The notes under the pieces were generated by a model. That model was not told the origin of the DNA. It saw only the letters and a program-made list of their open reading frames with translations, and ran no database searches. Below, piece by piece: positions 24,716 through 36,514 of a DNA stretch of 64,000 nucleotides. A program made the position numbers and the translations under genes. The stretch lies in assembly GCF_009914755.1 (NCBI RefSeq), contig NC_060925.1; one strand, 5' to 3'. This DNA comes from the human T2T-CHM13v2.0 reference genome, Homo sapiens. How positions within the stretch are numbered: the first letter of the stretch is position 1; each line of letters opens with the position of its first letter.

Positions 24716-25290
24716 CACCAATGCACCTGGGCTTCAGCCACAGCACTGCTCCCCTGCCCACCTTGCCTGGCATCCCTGGCCCAGCACTCATATGGCTACT
24801 AGGCCACAGTCACACCTTGGGATATTGACTGGAGGGAGAGTAAGTGGGAGATGAGTACGGAGAGGATGAAGTTCCATCAGGATGCTTGGTGCTAGCCCTT
24901 GTTCATTCAAACACAGATGGAGATAATGCCCATTTCCTCAACATAATCGCCGTGGAAGGTCTAGGCAAGGGGCTAGGTGTGCGGTACTGAAAGAGATTTA
25001 GAAATACAATCTTATCAGAAGATGCAAAATCCTTCTAAAACACCCCAAGCGGAATTGATTCATGACGCAGCTTTCAGAGGCTGCTTAGTGAAGGCTTGCT
25101 TCCTGGCTTTCTTAAGAATAAGCAGGTGCGTGCTGACAGAATGTGCTCCCAGGAGAGGCACGGGGCAAAGCCCACCTGGCCACATGGGCACATCCCTTCC
25201 CACTGCAGTTCAGGAAGGGAACCAGGCAGGACTTCAAGGAGTTGATGGAGAAACAACCACATGGCCAGAGGCTGATGTCAAAGGGGTGTG

Positions 25291-25448
25291 GAGCCTGACA
25301 CGGGGCAGGTGCTCACTAAGTGTGCGCTACAGAGTCTGGTGTGGGCAGGGGCTCACTGGGTGTGAACTATGGAGTCTGGTGTGGGCAGGGGCTCACCAGG
25401 TGGGCATTACAGAGCCTGGTGTGGGCAGGGGCTCATCGGGTGTGACCT
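25291..25448. repeat. Tandem repeat, 40-41 bp x 4
   Basis: GAG(C/T)CTGGTGTGGGCAGGGGCTCAC-like units at 25291, 25332, 25372, 25412. Confidence 0.9.
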
Positions 25449-26639
25449 GAAAGGATGGACAAGGTCAGGGACTTCTCTCATCCAGCAGACTCTCCACCCT
25501 CTCAGCCTTGGAGGGACCCTGTGTAGCCCCCACCGCATGGCTTGTCACCCTCCCATGACAGCATGACCTCCCTCCCTCTGAGGCGCTCAGGGCCTCCTGG
25601 GCCTGTGGCTCCGCCTCCTGCATGTGACAGATGGGTTGGTATTTACTCTTCACCCCATTTCAGTGCAGTTTACCTTCTTGCAGAGTCAAAAGGAGCAACA
25701 CGGGGGTATCCTGAAATGAAGCAAAAGCAGGTCAACTCTGAGAAATCACAGGGGCGTGGCTGACTGTGAGTGGGAGGGCTTCATCTGGTGTCGCAAACCC
25801 CCTGGGATCTGCTGAATTGCCTCTTTCTCACGACATTGCATCTTCTTTTGAGGAGAGGGCCGGGGATCTCTCTTTCTCAGTTCACCCCCTGGGCTGCTCA
25901 GTTCCTTCTGCCTGAGCCCCCTTACCCTGCAGCCTCACAGAGCTGCCCCTTGTGTCTCCTGTACCTCGTGGGGGGTGCAGCCCACCCCTCTCATTTGCCC
26001 CTGCAGCCCGGGGGCCCTGCACACAGCCATAGCCACGTGCTGCATGGGAAGCAAGAGTCCATTGAAGGTCCCCTTGCCTAACCTCCCATCCTTCCGAGGA
26101 AAAGCCCGTCTGGCTGTTATCGCCCCAGTTTATGAGTCCGGCCTGCTTTTGAACATCTCCCCAGTGGATGGACTCACGATGGGTGCGTTTTGCAGAGGGA
26201 GACAGGAAGACCCTGCACAGCACCGCAGTGTCACAGCCCTTGGGGAATCTGCCCTCATGGCGAGGAGGCCGCAGGAGCATCAGTGGGTGGTGCTGGAGGC
26301 GGTGGGGCCAGTGCCACGTGTGAGCAGTGACTGCTTGGGAAGAACTAAAGATGTGAGCCAGGAGTCGGGATGGAGAACGAGCCCTCTGATCAGCGACCAG
26401 CATGGAGCCCTCTGGCCTCCCTGGAGATCCCTGCTGACCCCATCCACCTGGGGAAGCCTCCTTCTCCCCCCTCCTCCCCTCGGGCACTCAGCAGTGCACT
26501 TCTTCTCAGCGCGGTCACCTCTGCGGTCACCAAGGACACCGACCTGCAGGGCAAACGCTGCAGCAGAAGCTCCTGGCACACTCCAGGCATCTTTGCCCCT
26601 TCTCTGGGTCCTCATGCAGACAATTCAGCTCTGGAGGAG

Positions 26640-26643
26640 GGAC

Positions 26644-26682
<39 letters not shown>

Positions 26683-26797
26683 CAGAGAGAGAATGAGGGA
26701 GAGAGAGAGAGAGTGTGAATGGGAGAAAGAGTGTGAATGAGAGAAAGAGGGAGAGAGAGAGAGTGAGAAAGAGAAAGAGAATGGGAGAGAATGAGGG
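26640..26797. repeat. GA-rich simple repeat
   Basis: (GA)n and derivatives. Confidence 0.92.
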
Positions 26798-27210
26798 ACT
26801 CCAGGGGAAAACCATCTCCCTTCTGGCTCCCCTATCTGCTGAGAGCTCCTTCCACTCAATGAAACCTTGCACTCATTCTCCAAGCCCATGTGGGATCCAA
26901 TTCTTCTAGTACACCAAGGCAAGAACCCACGATACAGGGAGTCCTCTGTTCTTGCGAGAAGGTAGAGGGTCAAACTGAGCTGATTAATACAAGCCTATAG
27001 ATGGCAAACTCAAAGAGCGCCCTGGAACACACGCCCATTGGGGCTTCAGGAGCTGTAAACGTCCACCCTAGACACTGCTGTGGGGTCTGAGCCCCACAGC
27101 TTGCCTGTCTGTATGCTTCCCTAGAGCGTTGAGCAGCGGGGCACCAAACAAGCAAGCCCCACCCTCATCACACTCCCTGCGAGGGGGACAAGGGAACCTT
27201 TCCCATTTCA
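26798..27210 (+). mobile_element. LTR1-like (ERV1) LTR, 3' part only
   Basis: GACTCCAGGGGAAAACCATCTCCCTTCTGGCTCCCC..ACCTTGCACTCATTCTCCAAGCCC..; ends CCCATTTCA. Confidence 0.85.
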
Positions 27211-27407
27211 TTACTTGCTGTAATTTTTCTATTTTAGCATTCGTTATTGTTAATCTCTTGCTGTGTGTAATTTGTCAATTAAACTGTATCATAGGTGGGT
27301 ACATGTAGGGAAAAACGTAGTGTATATAGGGTTTGCTACTGTCTGTGGTCTCAGGCACCCACTGGAGGTCTTGAGAGGCATTCCCCACAGATAAGGGGGA
27401 CTCCTGT
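27211..27407. mobile_element. MER44/Tigger7-like DNA transposon end
   Basis: TTATTGTTAATCTCTTG..TATATAGGGTTTG..GATAAGGGGGACTCCTG terminal inverted repeat. Confidence 0.8.
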
Positions 27408-28394
27408 CTTCACTAAGGTGATCATTGCTGCTGGGGAGTACAGTGCCCTAAACCGTCTGTCGGGAGAGCCATGAGATCAGCCGAAGTGCCCCATGTGGAC
27501 AGGCCCCTGGTGCTCTGGGGTAGAGGAAGCATGCTTTCTGCAGGTCAGAACTTCACTCATTTGGAAAAACACGGCTCTCAGAATTACAGAGGGAAATGCT
27601 CTCAGTGTACCACCTGCCGCCAGTACCCGAGACACACACAAGTCACAGCGTGGATTATTCTGGGCTCCCAAACGACACAGCAAGTCATGGTGGCATTTTC
27701 CTCAGCTTTTGCCAAGTGTAATTAGGCCGCAATTAGGTGGGGCTCTGGTCACGGGCTTTTATGAGTAAATCATATTGGATCACCACATGAGAGGCCACGA
27801 GAGGCCTGGGGTGAATGGGCTCATTGCTGGGAAATGGAAACAACTGTAATAACAATAAATCTAAGATAAATGTTATATCCTTAAAAACGCAGACATAGCA
27901 ATGATTAATCTTCTAACGCATTGGGGGAGCTCAGGGAGGGAGTAGATGGGGAAACTGAGGCTGGAGTTAGCAAAAGCCCCTTTCTCTCTGTCTTTTCTCT
28001 CTGGGAGGGTTGGAATCATGACGCAGGGTCTCCCTAGAATGTTTCTTAAATCACAGCAGACAGCAGTGTTGGTAACAGGAAGAGCCGGCTGGCGAAAGTG
28101 GAGTGGGCTTGGGGAGCAGGACTTGGCGCCCTGGACCAGCACCATGCAGGACGACGGAGCAGTCCCATGCCTGGACACACAGTTTTCATCCTGCCTGCAG
28201 CGCAAACAGACGCTTCTCATGGAGTGCAGTAGAATACCAATAAGGAAATCATCAACATTTTGTGTGACTAAGAAGAGTCACAAAATTAACTTGCATTTAT
28301 GTCATTATTTTTTAAAAACGATAGTGGCCGACATGGGCATAGCTCTTATGAAATGCTGGCTGCATTTTTATGAGCTTTATAGAAAGCAACCATA

Positions 28395-28800
28395 ATGGGA
28401 GGAACAGTGTGACTCCAAAGGTCTATGTCCACCCAGAGCTTCTGAAGGTCACCGTATTTGGAAATTGGCTTTTTACAGATGTAACTAGTTAAGATGTGAT
28501 TAGACTGGATTAGAGTGGATCCTAATCCAACGACAGAAGAGAAGAGGGAAGACACAGTGGGAGGAGGCCCCGTGAAGACAGAGGCAGAGGCTGGAAAGCT
28601 GCATCTGCAGACCAAGGAACACCAGGGACTCTGCCTACAGCACTGGAGGCTGCAAGAGGCAGGAAGGATGCTTCCCTAGAACTTCCCGAGAAAACGTGGC
28701 CTGCTGACACCTGGATCTCAGGCTTCCTACCTCCAGAACTGGGAGAGGATCCATTTGCATGATTTTCAGCCACCCAGTTAGAGGTGCTTTCTAGGAAGCT
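28395..28800 (+). mobile_element. MLT1B/C-like solo LTR
   Basis: TATTTGGAAATTGGC..GTGAAGACAGAGGCAGAG..CCTCCAGAACTG. Confidence 0.88.
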
Positions 28801-30094
28801 GAGAGGGGAACACTTGACTTTCACCACTGCCCTAGAAGGAAGGTGCTGTTATTTTCACCGAATGTGCTTTTGTGTTCTTTCTCCTGTTAGATACCTGCTG
28901 GATTCTGTGGGCACCGCCTGATGGGTATTTACGACTTCACCTGAAAATGGGACTGACTAAACTTAGAGAGGTTGAGTGGTTGGCCCCAGGTCACAGAGCT
29001 TGACTCAGTACAGAGACCACTTTTGAAGGATACCCTTGTGGATCCTCCCACCCCTACCCCATGTAGCGAGGCTCTCTTACTGGTGAGTGCCCTCATCCTC
29101 AAAGAACACAGGTAGGGAAGAACCTGCTGAATGTGGCTTTGCTTTCAGTAGGATTATCCACGCAGCTCAAAATTGCCCGATGGTAACTGACAGTTTATAT
29201 TATGGAGGTTGTTAGTACAATTTACTTCAAGGCAGGTAGGGAGGAATCTATGGGGGGATGGTCAGCTGCTCCCTCTTCTTCCCGCAGCGCTTGAGCAGCA
29301 CCCACCTCTACAGGGGGTAAACTTTGCCGCAAAGCCTGTGGTTGTCATTAAAATAGCATTGCGCATTTAGCAATAACACCAGGCCTTTGTTCTAATGGGA
29401 ATGTTGCAAAAAAAAAAAAAAAACAATAAAATAGAAAGAAAGAAAGGAAAGAATGCACTGTGTGGACTCAGGAAATGGAGAGATCCTTTGGATAATCTGT
29501 GAGGAGCATTCTTAGTCTCTAACCAAAGACAAACTAAAATGCAAGGATTCAGAGGAGAGGAAAAACTGTAAATTCTCAGGTTAGATACTGTCCTTATAGG
29601 CAACCTGTCGGGGCAGCTTGTCACGTAGGGTTGAGGCAGATGGGGGCCTGAGGGGTGGGTGTCTGGGTGTAAGGAATGTGTTTGGAGGAGGGTGGGTGCC
29701 GCTGGAGGGCCTGGGGCAACTTCTTGGCCACCTTCACACCCGGTGCAGCAGAGCCTAGCTCAGGACCCAGAAGGAAGGGTTTTACTAAGCGCTGTCTCCC
29801 TGGCTCAGCCTGGGTGCAGACCAACAAGAGCTGATGGAAAGCTCTTTCAGGATTGCACCAAAGATTCTCCAGTGCTGCTGGCTTCTCCCAACTCCCTCCA
29901 TTTTTGGCCCATTTCCACGTTCCCCAGATGGCCAGAAGGTTCCAGGTGGCCTCCCATCTACCTGGGTACTCTCCTGCCTGCCCCACCTGTAGCATGCCGG
30001 CCTTGCCTCCACCAGTAGCTCAAATGAAGCACAGAACAACTTTTCTGGACTCCAGGGTACTTAGAACATTCTCCAAAGCCCTCACCGCTGTCTG

Positions 30095-30252
30095 CAAAGT
30101 TCACCAGCCTAGTTTCAGGGACCAGCAGCACCAGTACCCTGGGAGTGGGTGAAAAATGCAGGTGCCCAGGCCCCATCCAGCCCTGCTGAGTGAGAACCTG
30201 CATTTCTACAAGGTCCCAGAGGCTCCTACATGCTGGTGTTTGAGGAACCCTT
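30095..30252. mobile_element. MER5A-like DNA transposon
   Basis: GGACCAGCAGCACCAG..AAATGCAG..CTGCATTTCTACAAG..TTTGAGGAACCCT. Confidence 0.7.
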
Positions 30253-31059
30253 GCACCCTGCCTGCCCCTCTGCCATGACCAGCCATGCACCTCCTGCAAG
30301 CCACACCGGTCCCAGTTTCTGAAATAGAAATGCTCCATAAATGTAGAATAAATGATAGAATAATAGGATTCTTCACTTCTGTTCTCAGACACACACTCAA
30401 AAGAAGTGCGTGGAGGTCGGATTCCATCAGGACAAGAATTGGGGCCATTGTCTTGTCCCAGGGTGGTCAGGGCAGGCAGCTGCAGCTATGAAGTCTCCCC
30501 CCAAAGCCCACTACCCACCCCCGGATCATCCTGGCACTGCAGCCCACAGACGCTAGCCTTCCTTTCTGTTTAATCCCAGCCTGGGTTCATTTAGCTGTTT
30601 CATGTAATTGGATTAATCATGTGGGCTTAGACCAGTCTACTCAGACCAGCTTCGTCAGAGCTCAGGGTCAATTTTAAGTAATTATATTTCCCCAACTTCA
30701 TTTCCCATGGACATTTCAATAGGATTTCTCTGCCCATTGCTGGGAGTTGTAGTGTGGCATGTTAAAGGATCACTCAGCAGGGTGCCCCTCTCCCTGTGGG
30801 GGCTGATCTGGGTCTCCTCAAAGGTCTCAGGTCACACTGCCCTGGAATGAGCCCTGGGGTTCTGGCTCACAGGGACTCGCTCTCTCATCCCTGGCCCCTG
30901 GGCCATGGCTTCTGCCTTCTTTGTGTCCTCAAGGCTAATTCTGCGGGCAAGACCTGCTCTGTGCGCCCCTCTTTTCTGAGGCTCCAGGCTGGGATGGGTG
31001 CCCTCTGCCCCTCAGTGCCTGCTCTCAGCCTGCACTGACACTCAGATGCCCACTCCCAC

Positions 31060-31500
31060 AGTGGATTGAATGGTGGCCCCGTGTTCTAACCTCCGGAACC
31101 TGTGAATGGGATCTTAGTTGAAGAAGGAGTCTTTCCAGATATAAGCTAAGAGCCTTGAAATGAGACCATCTCAGATTCTCAAATGGGCCCTAAATCTCAT
31201 GACAAGTATCCTTATAGGATACAGAAAAGAAGAAGACACAGAGAGGGGAGAGAGATGGCTGTGTGGAGACAGAGACCGAGATGGGGTGATGCGGCCATCT
31301 GCCAAGGGTCATCGGCCGCCAACAGGAGTTGGAAGAGGCAGGAAGGATCCACCGCTGGAGCCTCTGGAGGGAGTGTGGCCCTGCCCACACCTTGATTTCA
31401 GACTTCTGGCCTCCAGAACAGTGAGAGAATAAGTAAGTGCATGTCACTGTAAGCTACCGAGTTCGTGGTACTCTGTTACGGCAGCCTGGGTAACAGATAC
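31060..31500 (+). mobile_element. MLT1C-like solo LTR
   Basis: GAATGGTGGCCCC..GGAACCTGTGAATG..CACACCTTGATTTCAGACTTCTGGCCTCCAGAAC. Confidence 0.9.
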
Positions 31501-33087
31501 GTCTTCTGATGATGACCTCAGGCTCTGTGGGGCTCTAGCCTGTGTGTGCCTTGCTAAGGTCAAAGTCACAGTCAAAGGGCGGGCATTTGGAAAAAGAGGT
31601 TCCAGGCACAGCTGGGGGAGAGGGGAGATGGACATGGAGGAGTGGGGAGCACCTTAGTTACCCCCAAAGTTACATGGCAGGGCAGAGAAACCCCCAGTGC
31701 AGAAAAGAAACGATTTGAGTAAAGGCAACTGCGTGCCCTCCTTTGGGGTCATCTTGCAGAGATGTCCCCGGCTGGCCCTGGGCTCAGACCCAGCAGCATT
31801 TTGGGAATGAGAAAGGGCACCCTGGACAGGGTCTTGTGAAAACACAAACATCTTTCCTGCCATGAGGGGCAGCCCCAGCTTCCTTCCCTGTTGGCTGAGC
31901 CCTGCCCACACGTGACTTTAACCTGGCACAAGGGTGACTTGAATGCCACTGGGAAATCACCTTGGGAGCTTGCGCTCTTCCCTGACTTGGGAAAAACACA
32001 AAGCCCTGTACAGTGCTCAGCGGAGATCACAATGTGGTCTATTCCTGGGCTCCGCCGGCCTTTGAGTCTAGTATTGATTTTACTGGGGCTTGTGGTCCAG
32101 AGGTTGTGCTGGGTGACATCTGAAGCCTCTTGCTGGAAGGTTTTGGAAGCTCTTTAAGTCCTCACTGTGTGGACTTAATCCAAGCTCTCTCCGCAAAACT
32201 CTCCTCTCTGGGGCAGAGCAGGTCAGTGGGAGGCTGCGGGGGGTGTTGCCTTTCTGCGATTTTATTTTCCCTTCGAGGATGAGCTCATGAGACTACACAA
32301 ATTCCAGGGTCATCGTAGGGATTTAGCACTTCCAAGTTAGCCCAAAATGTGACACTGGGGGACGCTCCAGTCCCATTCAGGACGTGCTTGAGCAGTCGCC
32401 TCCAACTCCCAGCGAGACTCAGTGGGGCAGCCAGCCCGGGGCGATGGCCACTCACACCTCGCTGTCCCGCACAGGGAAGGAAGAGACTTGGGTCCTGGTT
32501 TGGGTTGGACATGGATGCCGAGCGCATACTATTTCCGCGATTTTAGCTCGGATCACCACCCTGGTATTTGTGTTGCTATTTAAATTAACCTTCTCTTAAT
32601 TCATCAGCATAATATGGGCATAAACTAGAAAAGAAAGAGATGTCTCTGAACTCCGTTTCCCAGCAGGCTTCGAGAGACAAGTATCCTACCTCCCTTCCCC
32701 AGGCCAGGGCAGGAGTCTCGGTTGTCCTGGAAGGTCTCACACTTGTCCACCTGTCAGCCACTGGAGTCTGCTATTCTCTCTTCCAGAGTCATTCCTTTGG
32801 ACTAAGCACCTGGCCCCCCCTCCAACCCACCCTTTTGAAAGCTGTTAATTTTACTAGTGATCTATGTTCATTGAAGAAAATTAGGTAAGGCCCTGTTAAA
32901 TGTAAATATTTTACCTGGGATGTCTGCCATGTGAACACATTTTTATCCATTATCTCCCTAATGAGGAATCATTCATTTGATTAAATAGCTGCCCGTGGCT
33001 GGGCCAATGAATTTTACTGAGTGTAAGTAACATTTATGGGTTTTTTTGCCACAGCCTGGGAGCTAACGGGGATGTGTGAGACAATAT

Positions 33088-33533
33088 CTGTGACTGCTGC
33101 TTGTCTCCTTTCTTCTTTAATGATAGATTCCCCCAAATTTTAGCTGCACGTAGGATGACCCAGAATAAAGCCTACATTTTCTAACCTCTTTTGCTGCTGT
33201 ACGTGGCCACAGCAGCCCGTGGACTATAAGTAGATGTGGGACATGCAGCTTGGAGATGTGGCTATGAAGGGAGATAAGCATTCCCTTCCCTGCTAGCTGG
33301 GATGTGGATGCGATGACTGGAGCTAGAGCAGCCATTTTGGACCACAAGGTCATACTGGGAGAGGAGACCATGTACAGCAGAGCAACAAGAGGTGAGGAGT
33401 TGTGATCTGTGGCATTTCACATGGCAGGGCCACTGAACAGCCCTGGAGAAAGAGAAACAAGCCTATTCTTGTCTAAGACTCTGCTACTTTGGATTTTTCC
33501 ATGAGGTGCAGCTGGAATACCTCCTAATGAATA
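33088..33533 (+). mobile_element. LTR33-like (ERVL) LTR
   Basis: TTTTAGCTG..CCCAGAATAAAGCCTACATTT..GGAGCTAGAGCAGCCATTTTGGACCA. Confidence 0.7.
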
Positions 33534-33687
33534 ACCCTAAACCTAACTAGCCCAACATCATAGAGCTCCCCAGGTGCCCAACTTTGGAGGCCGTTTGCTA
33601 AATTGTGAGCATCTTCAGTACTCAGAACTACACCAGTGCACAGTAAGCCCTCTGTGAATAGTTTTTGGATTAATGAATGAATGAAAC

Positions 33688-34613
33688 TAATGTGGTTTGG
33701 ATCTGTGTCCCTGCCTAAATTTCATGTCAAATTGTAATCCCCAGTGTTTGGGGTGGGGCCTGGTGGGAGGTGATTGGTTCATGGTGGGGGGGTCCTTCGT
33801 GAATGGTTTAGCACCATGCACTTGGTTCTGTTCTCATGATAGTGAGTGAGTTCTCAAAAGGTCTGGTTGTTTATTACTGGGTATATACCCAAAGGAGTAT
33901 AAATCATGCTACTATAAAGACACATGCACATGTATGTTTAGTGTGGCACTATTCACAATAGCAAAGACTTGGAACCAACCCAAATGTCCATCAATGATAG
34001 ACTGGATTAAGAAAATGTGGCACATATACACCATGGAATACTATGCAGCCACAAAAAAGGATGAGTTCACGTCCTTTGCAGGGACATGGATGAAGCTGGA
34101 AACCATAATTCTCAGCAAACTATCACAAGGACAGAAAACCAAATACCGTGTATTCTCACTCATAGGTGGGAATTGAACAATGAGATCACTTGGACACAGA
34201 GCAGGGAACATCACACACTAGGGCCTGTCAGGGGGTGGGGGGCTGGGGGAGGGATGGCATTAGGAGAAATACCTAATGTAAATGATGAGTTGATGGGTGC
34301 AGCAAACCAACATGGCACATGTATACCTGTGTATCAAACCTGCATGTTGTGCACATGTACCCTAGAACTTAAGAGTATTAAAAAAAGAAAGAGTGTATTT
34401 CCTCCCTCCTCTCTGTCTTCCTCCTGCTCTGACCATGTAAAGCCTGCTGCCCTTTCACCTTCTGCCATGATTGTAAGTTTCCTGAGGCATCCCCAGAAGC
34501 AGAATCCTCTTCCTGTACAGCCTGCAGAACTGTGAGCCAATTAAACCTCATTTCTTTATAAATTACCCAGTCTCAGGTATTTCTTTATAGCAGTCTGAGA
34601 ATGGACCAATACA
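33688..34613 (+). mobile_element. MSTA/B solo LTR split by L1PA
   Basis: TGTGGTTTGGATCTGTGTCCC...GGACCAATACA; perfect TSD GAAAC (33683-33687 / 34614-34618). Confidence 0.93.
33873..34390 (+). mobile_element. L1PA (about PA5/6) 3' fragment
   Basis: ORF2 C-terminus WNQPKCPSMIDWIKKMW..LIGGN, 3'UTR, A tail. Confidence 0.96.
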
Positions 34614-35436
34614 GAAACAAATGTCAGAAATTTTAGTCTGGCCACCAAACCCTCTTTTTCAGCTGGATTATTTTTGAATGTGTATATATGTAAGTAATAT
34701 ATAAATATAAATATTATACAAAGCTGGGTCCTTTTGAACAACTTTCTGGCTCATAGACAATGAAATTGTGGCCCCAAGAATTGAAATGATGGCACAGCCT
34801 GCGAGGGACAGTGTAGGGTCAGGATCTGTCCCCAAAGCTGAGGGAATACTCTGTCCCCCTGGCCATGTGCCTATCCCTGGCTGCTGGAGAGTGGTGGTGT
34901 TTCCCTGGCCTGACTCTAGCGGGGCTGTCCCTGAATTTCCCCCTGGCCCTTGTCAGCTCTCTCTCCTGACCTGCCCCCGACTGGTCATCGAATTGACTTC
35001 TTCTCTCCCTCCATTCCAGGAGCTCTTATCTCTAGCTGTTTCCTGAAGCACCCTAAATAGGAACAGGATGGGGCAGGGACAAGATGCTGGAGTCACATGG
35101 TGACCCGGGCAGTGGACAGGCTTCAGAGAGACTTCAGGGTCCTCTGGGACCAGGAGCCTTGAGTGGGTGGGAAGATGCAGAAGCAGAGAAGCCAGCTATG
35201 ACGGGCGCCTGGACACCCCTCCCTTTGCTACTACTCCACTCTCTCAGATTGTCCCATGGAGCTTGGTGGCCCACTCTTCTGGCCACACTCAGATGGGCAT
35301 GCCAGGTGCCCACCCACTGTGACCAGCAAAGGCCCCGGGGCCCAGGTGTTACGGTGCAGCATGACTGGCAGATGAGGGATCCAGAGGGCTTCTTTGCTGG
35401 TGGGGGTGAAATTGGGCTGAGGCCGTAGACGAGGGG

Positions 35437-35798
35437 GCTATGGACTGTTTGTCTTCCCCAAATGCATATGTTGAAATGTAACCCTCAATGTGAGGCCTCT
35501 GGAGGTGGGTCTTGGGCAGGGAATTAGGGTTAGCTGAGGTCCTGAGGGTGGGGTTCCCTCAATGGGGCAAGTGCTCTTACAGAGGAGGACGCCCGAGTCC
35601 TGGCTCCATCCACCACGCGAGGCCGCAGTGAGAGGGCACCCTCTGAAATCCAGGAATCAGCCATCACCAGATGCCACACATCGGCCTGCACCTTGACGTT
35701 GGATTTCCAGACTGCACAGCTGTGAGAAGGTGCATTTCTGTTATGTAAGCCCCACAGTCTACGGTGTTTTGTTGTGGGAGCCCGAGTGGACTAACACA
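35437..35798 (+). mobile_element. MLT1A-like solo LTR
   Basis: GCTATGGACTG..CATATGTTGAAAT..GAATTAGGGTTAG..GACTAACACA. Confidence 0.88.
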
Positions 35799-36077
35799 GT
35801 GGAGGACCCAGAGACAGCAGTGGGTGGAGAGTATCCAGGCAGAGCCACCCCCGCTGCAGAGGGCCCGGGGCAGGGACCCACACGGAGGGCCCAAGGAAAG
35901 GAAGACGGTCGCTAGGCCCAGCCTGCAGGGACACAGGTGAAAGGGCTCAGTGTGAGTAGGGACAGAGCATGGCGGTTGGAGTGCATTATGGGATATGTGT
36001 GGAGTGAGGATTTCACACAGGTGCAGGTGAATTAGGACCTCTGCAGGTGGGCTTGGGAGCTGTACTTTACAAAACTT

Positions 36078-36514
36078 TGTTATAGGTTAGATAGTATCTC
36101 CCTGAAATTCACAGGTTGAAGTCCTAACACCCAGGCCCCATGAATGTGACCTTATTTGGAAATAGGGTCTTGATAGATGCAATAAAGTTAAGATGAGGCC
36201 AAGAGAGTGGGCCCTAATCTAGTGGGGCTGGTGTCTTCACACAAAGGGGAGGTTTGGTTACAGACACACACACAGGAAGAGGGCCACGCGAGGACAAAGG
36301 TAGGAACTGAAAGGATGCTTCCATAATCCAAGGAGTACCAAGGATTGCTGGCAGCCACCAGGAGCTGCGAGAGGCATGGAACAGATTCTTCCTCTGAGCC
36401 TCCAGCAGGCCAGACCTTGCTCTTGGGTTTCTGGCCTCCAGACTGAGAGCATGCATTGCTGCTGGTGAAACCTCAGCCCTGGTGCTTTGCTGCAGCAGCC
36501 TCTGGATTCTCATA
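36078..36514 (+). mobile_element. MLT1B-like solo LTR
   Basis: GAATGTGACCTTATTTGGAAATAGGGTCTT..GGAACAGATTCTTCCTCTGAGCCTCCAG. Confidence 0.9.

Noticed and set aside
25975-26718. 247-aa ORF and overlapping 201-aa antisense ORF
   Set aside because: No recognisable domain, non-ATG start for the plus ORF, ends in a GA repeat; expected by chance in GC-rich DNA
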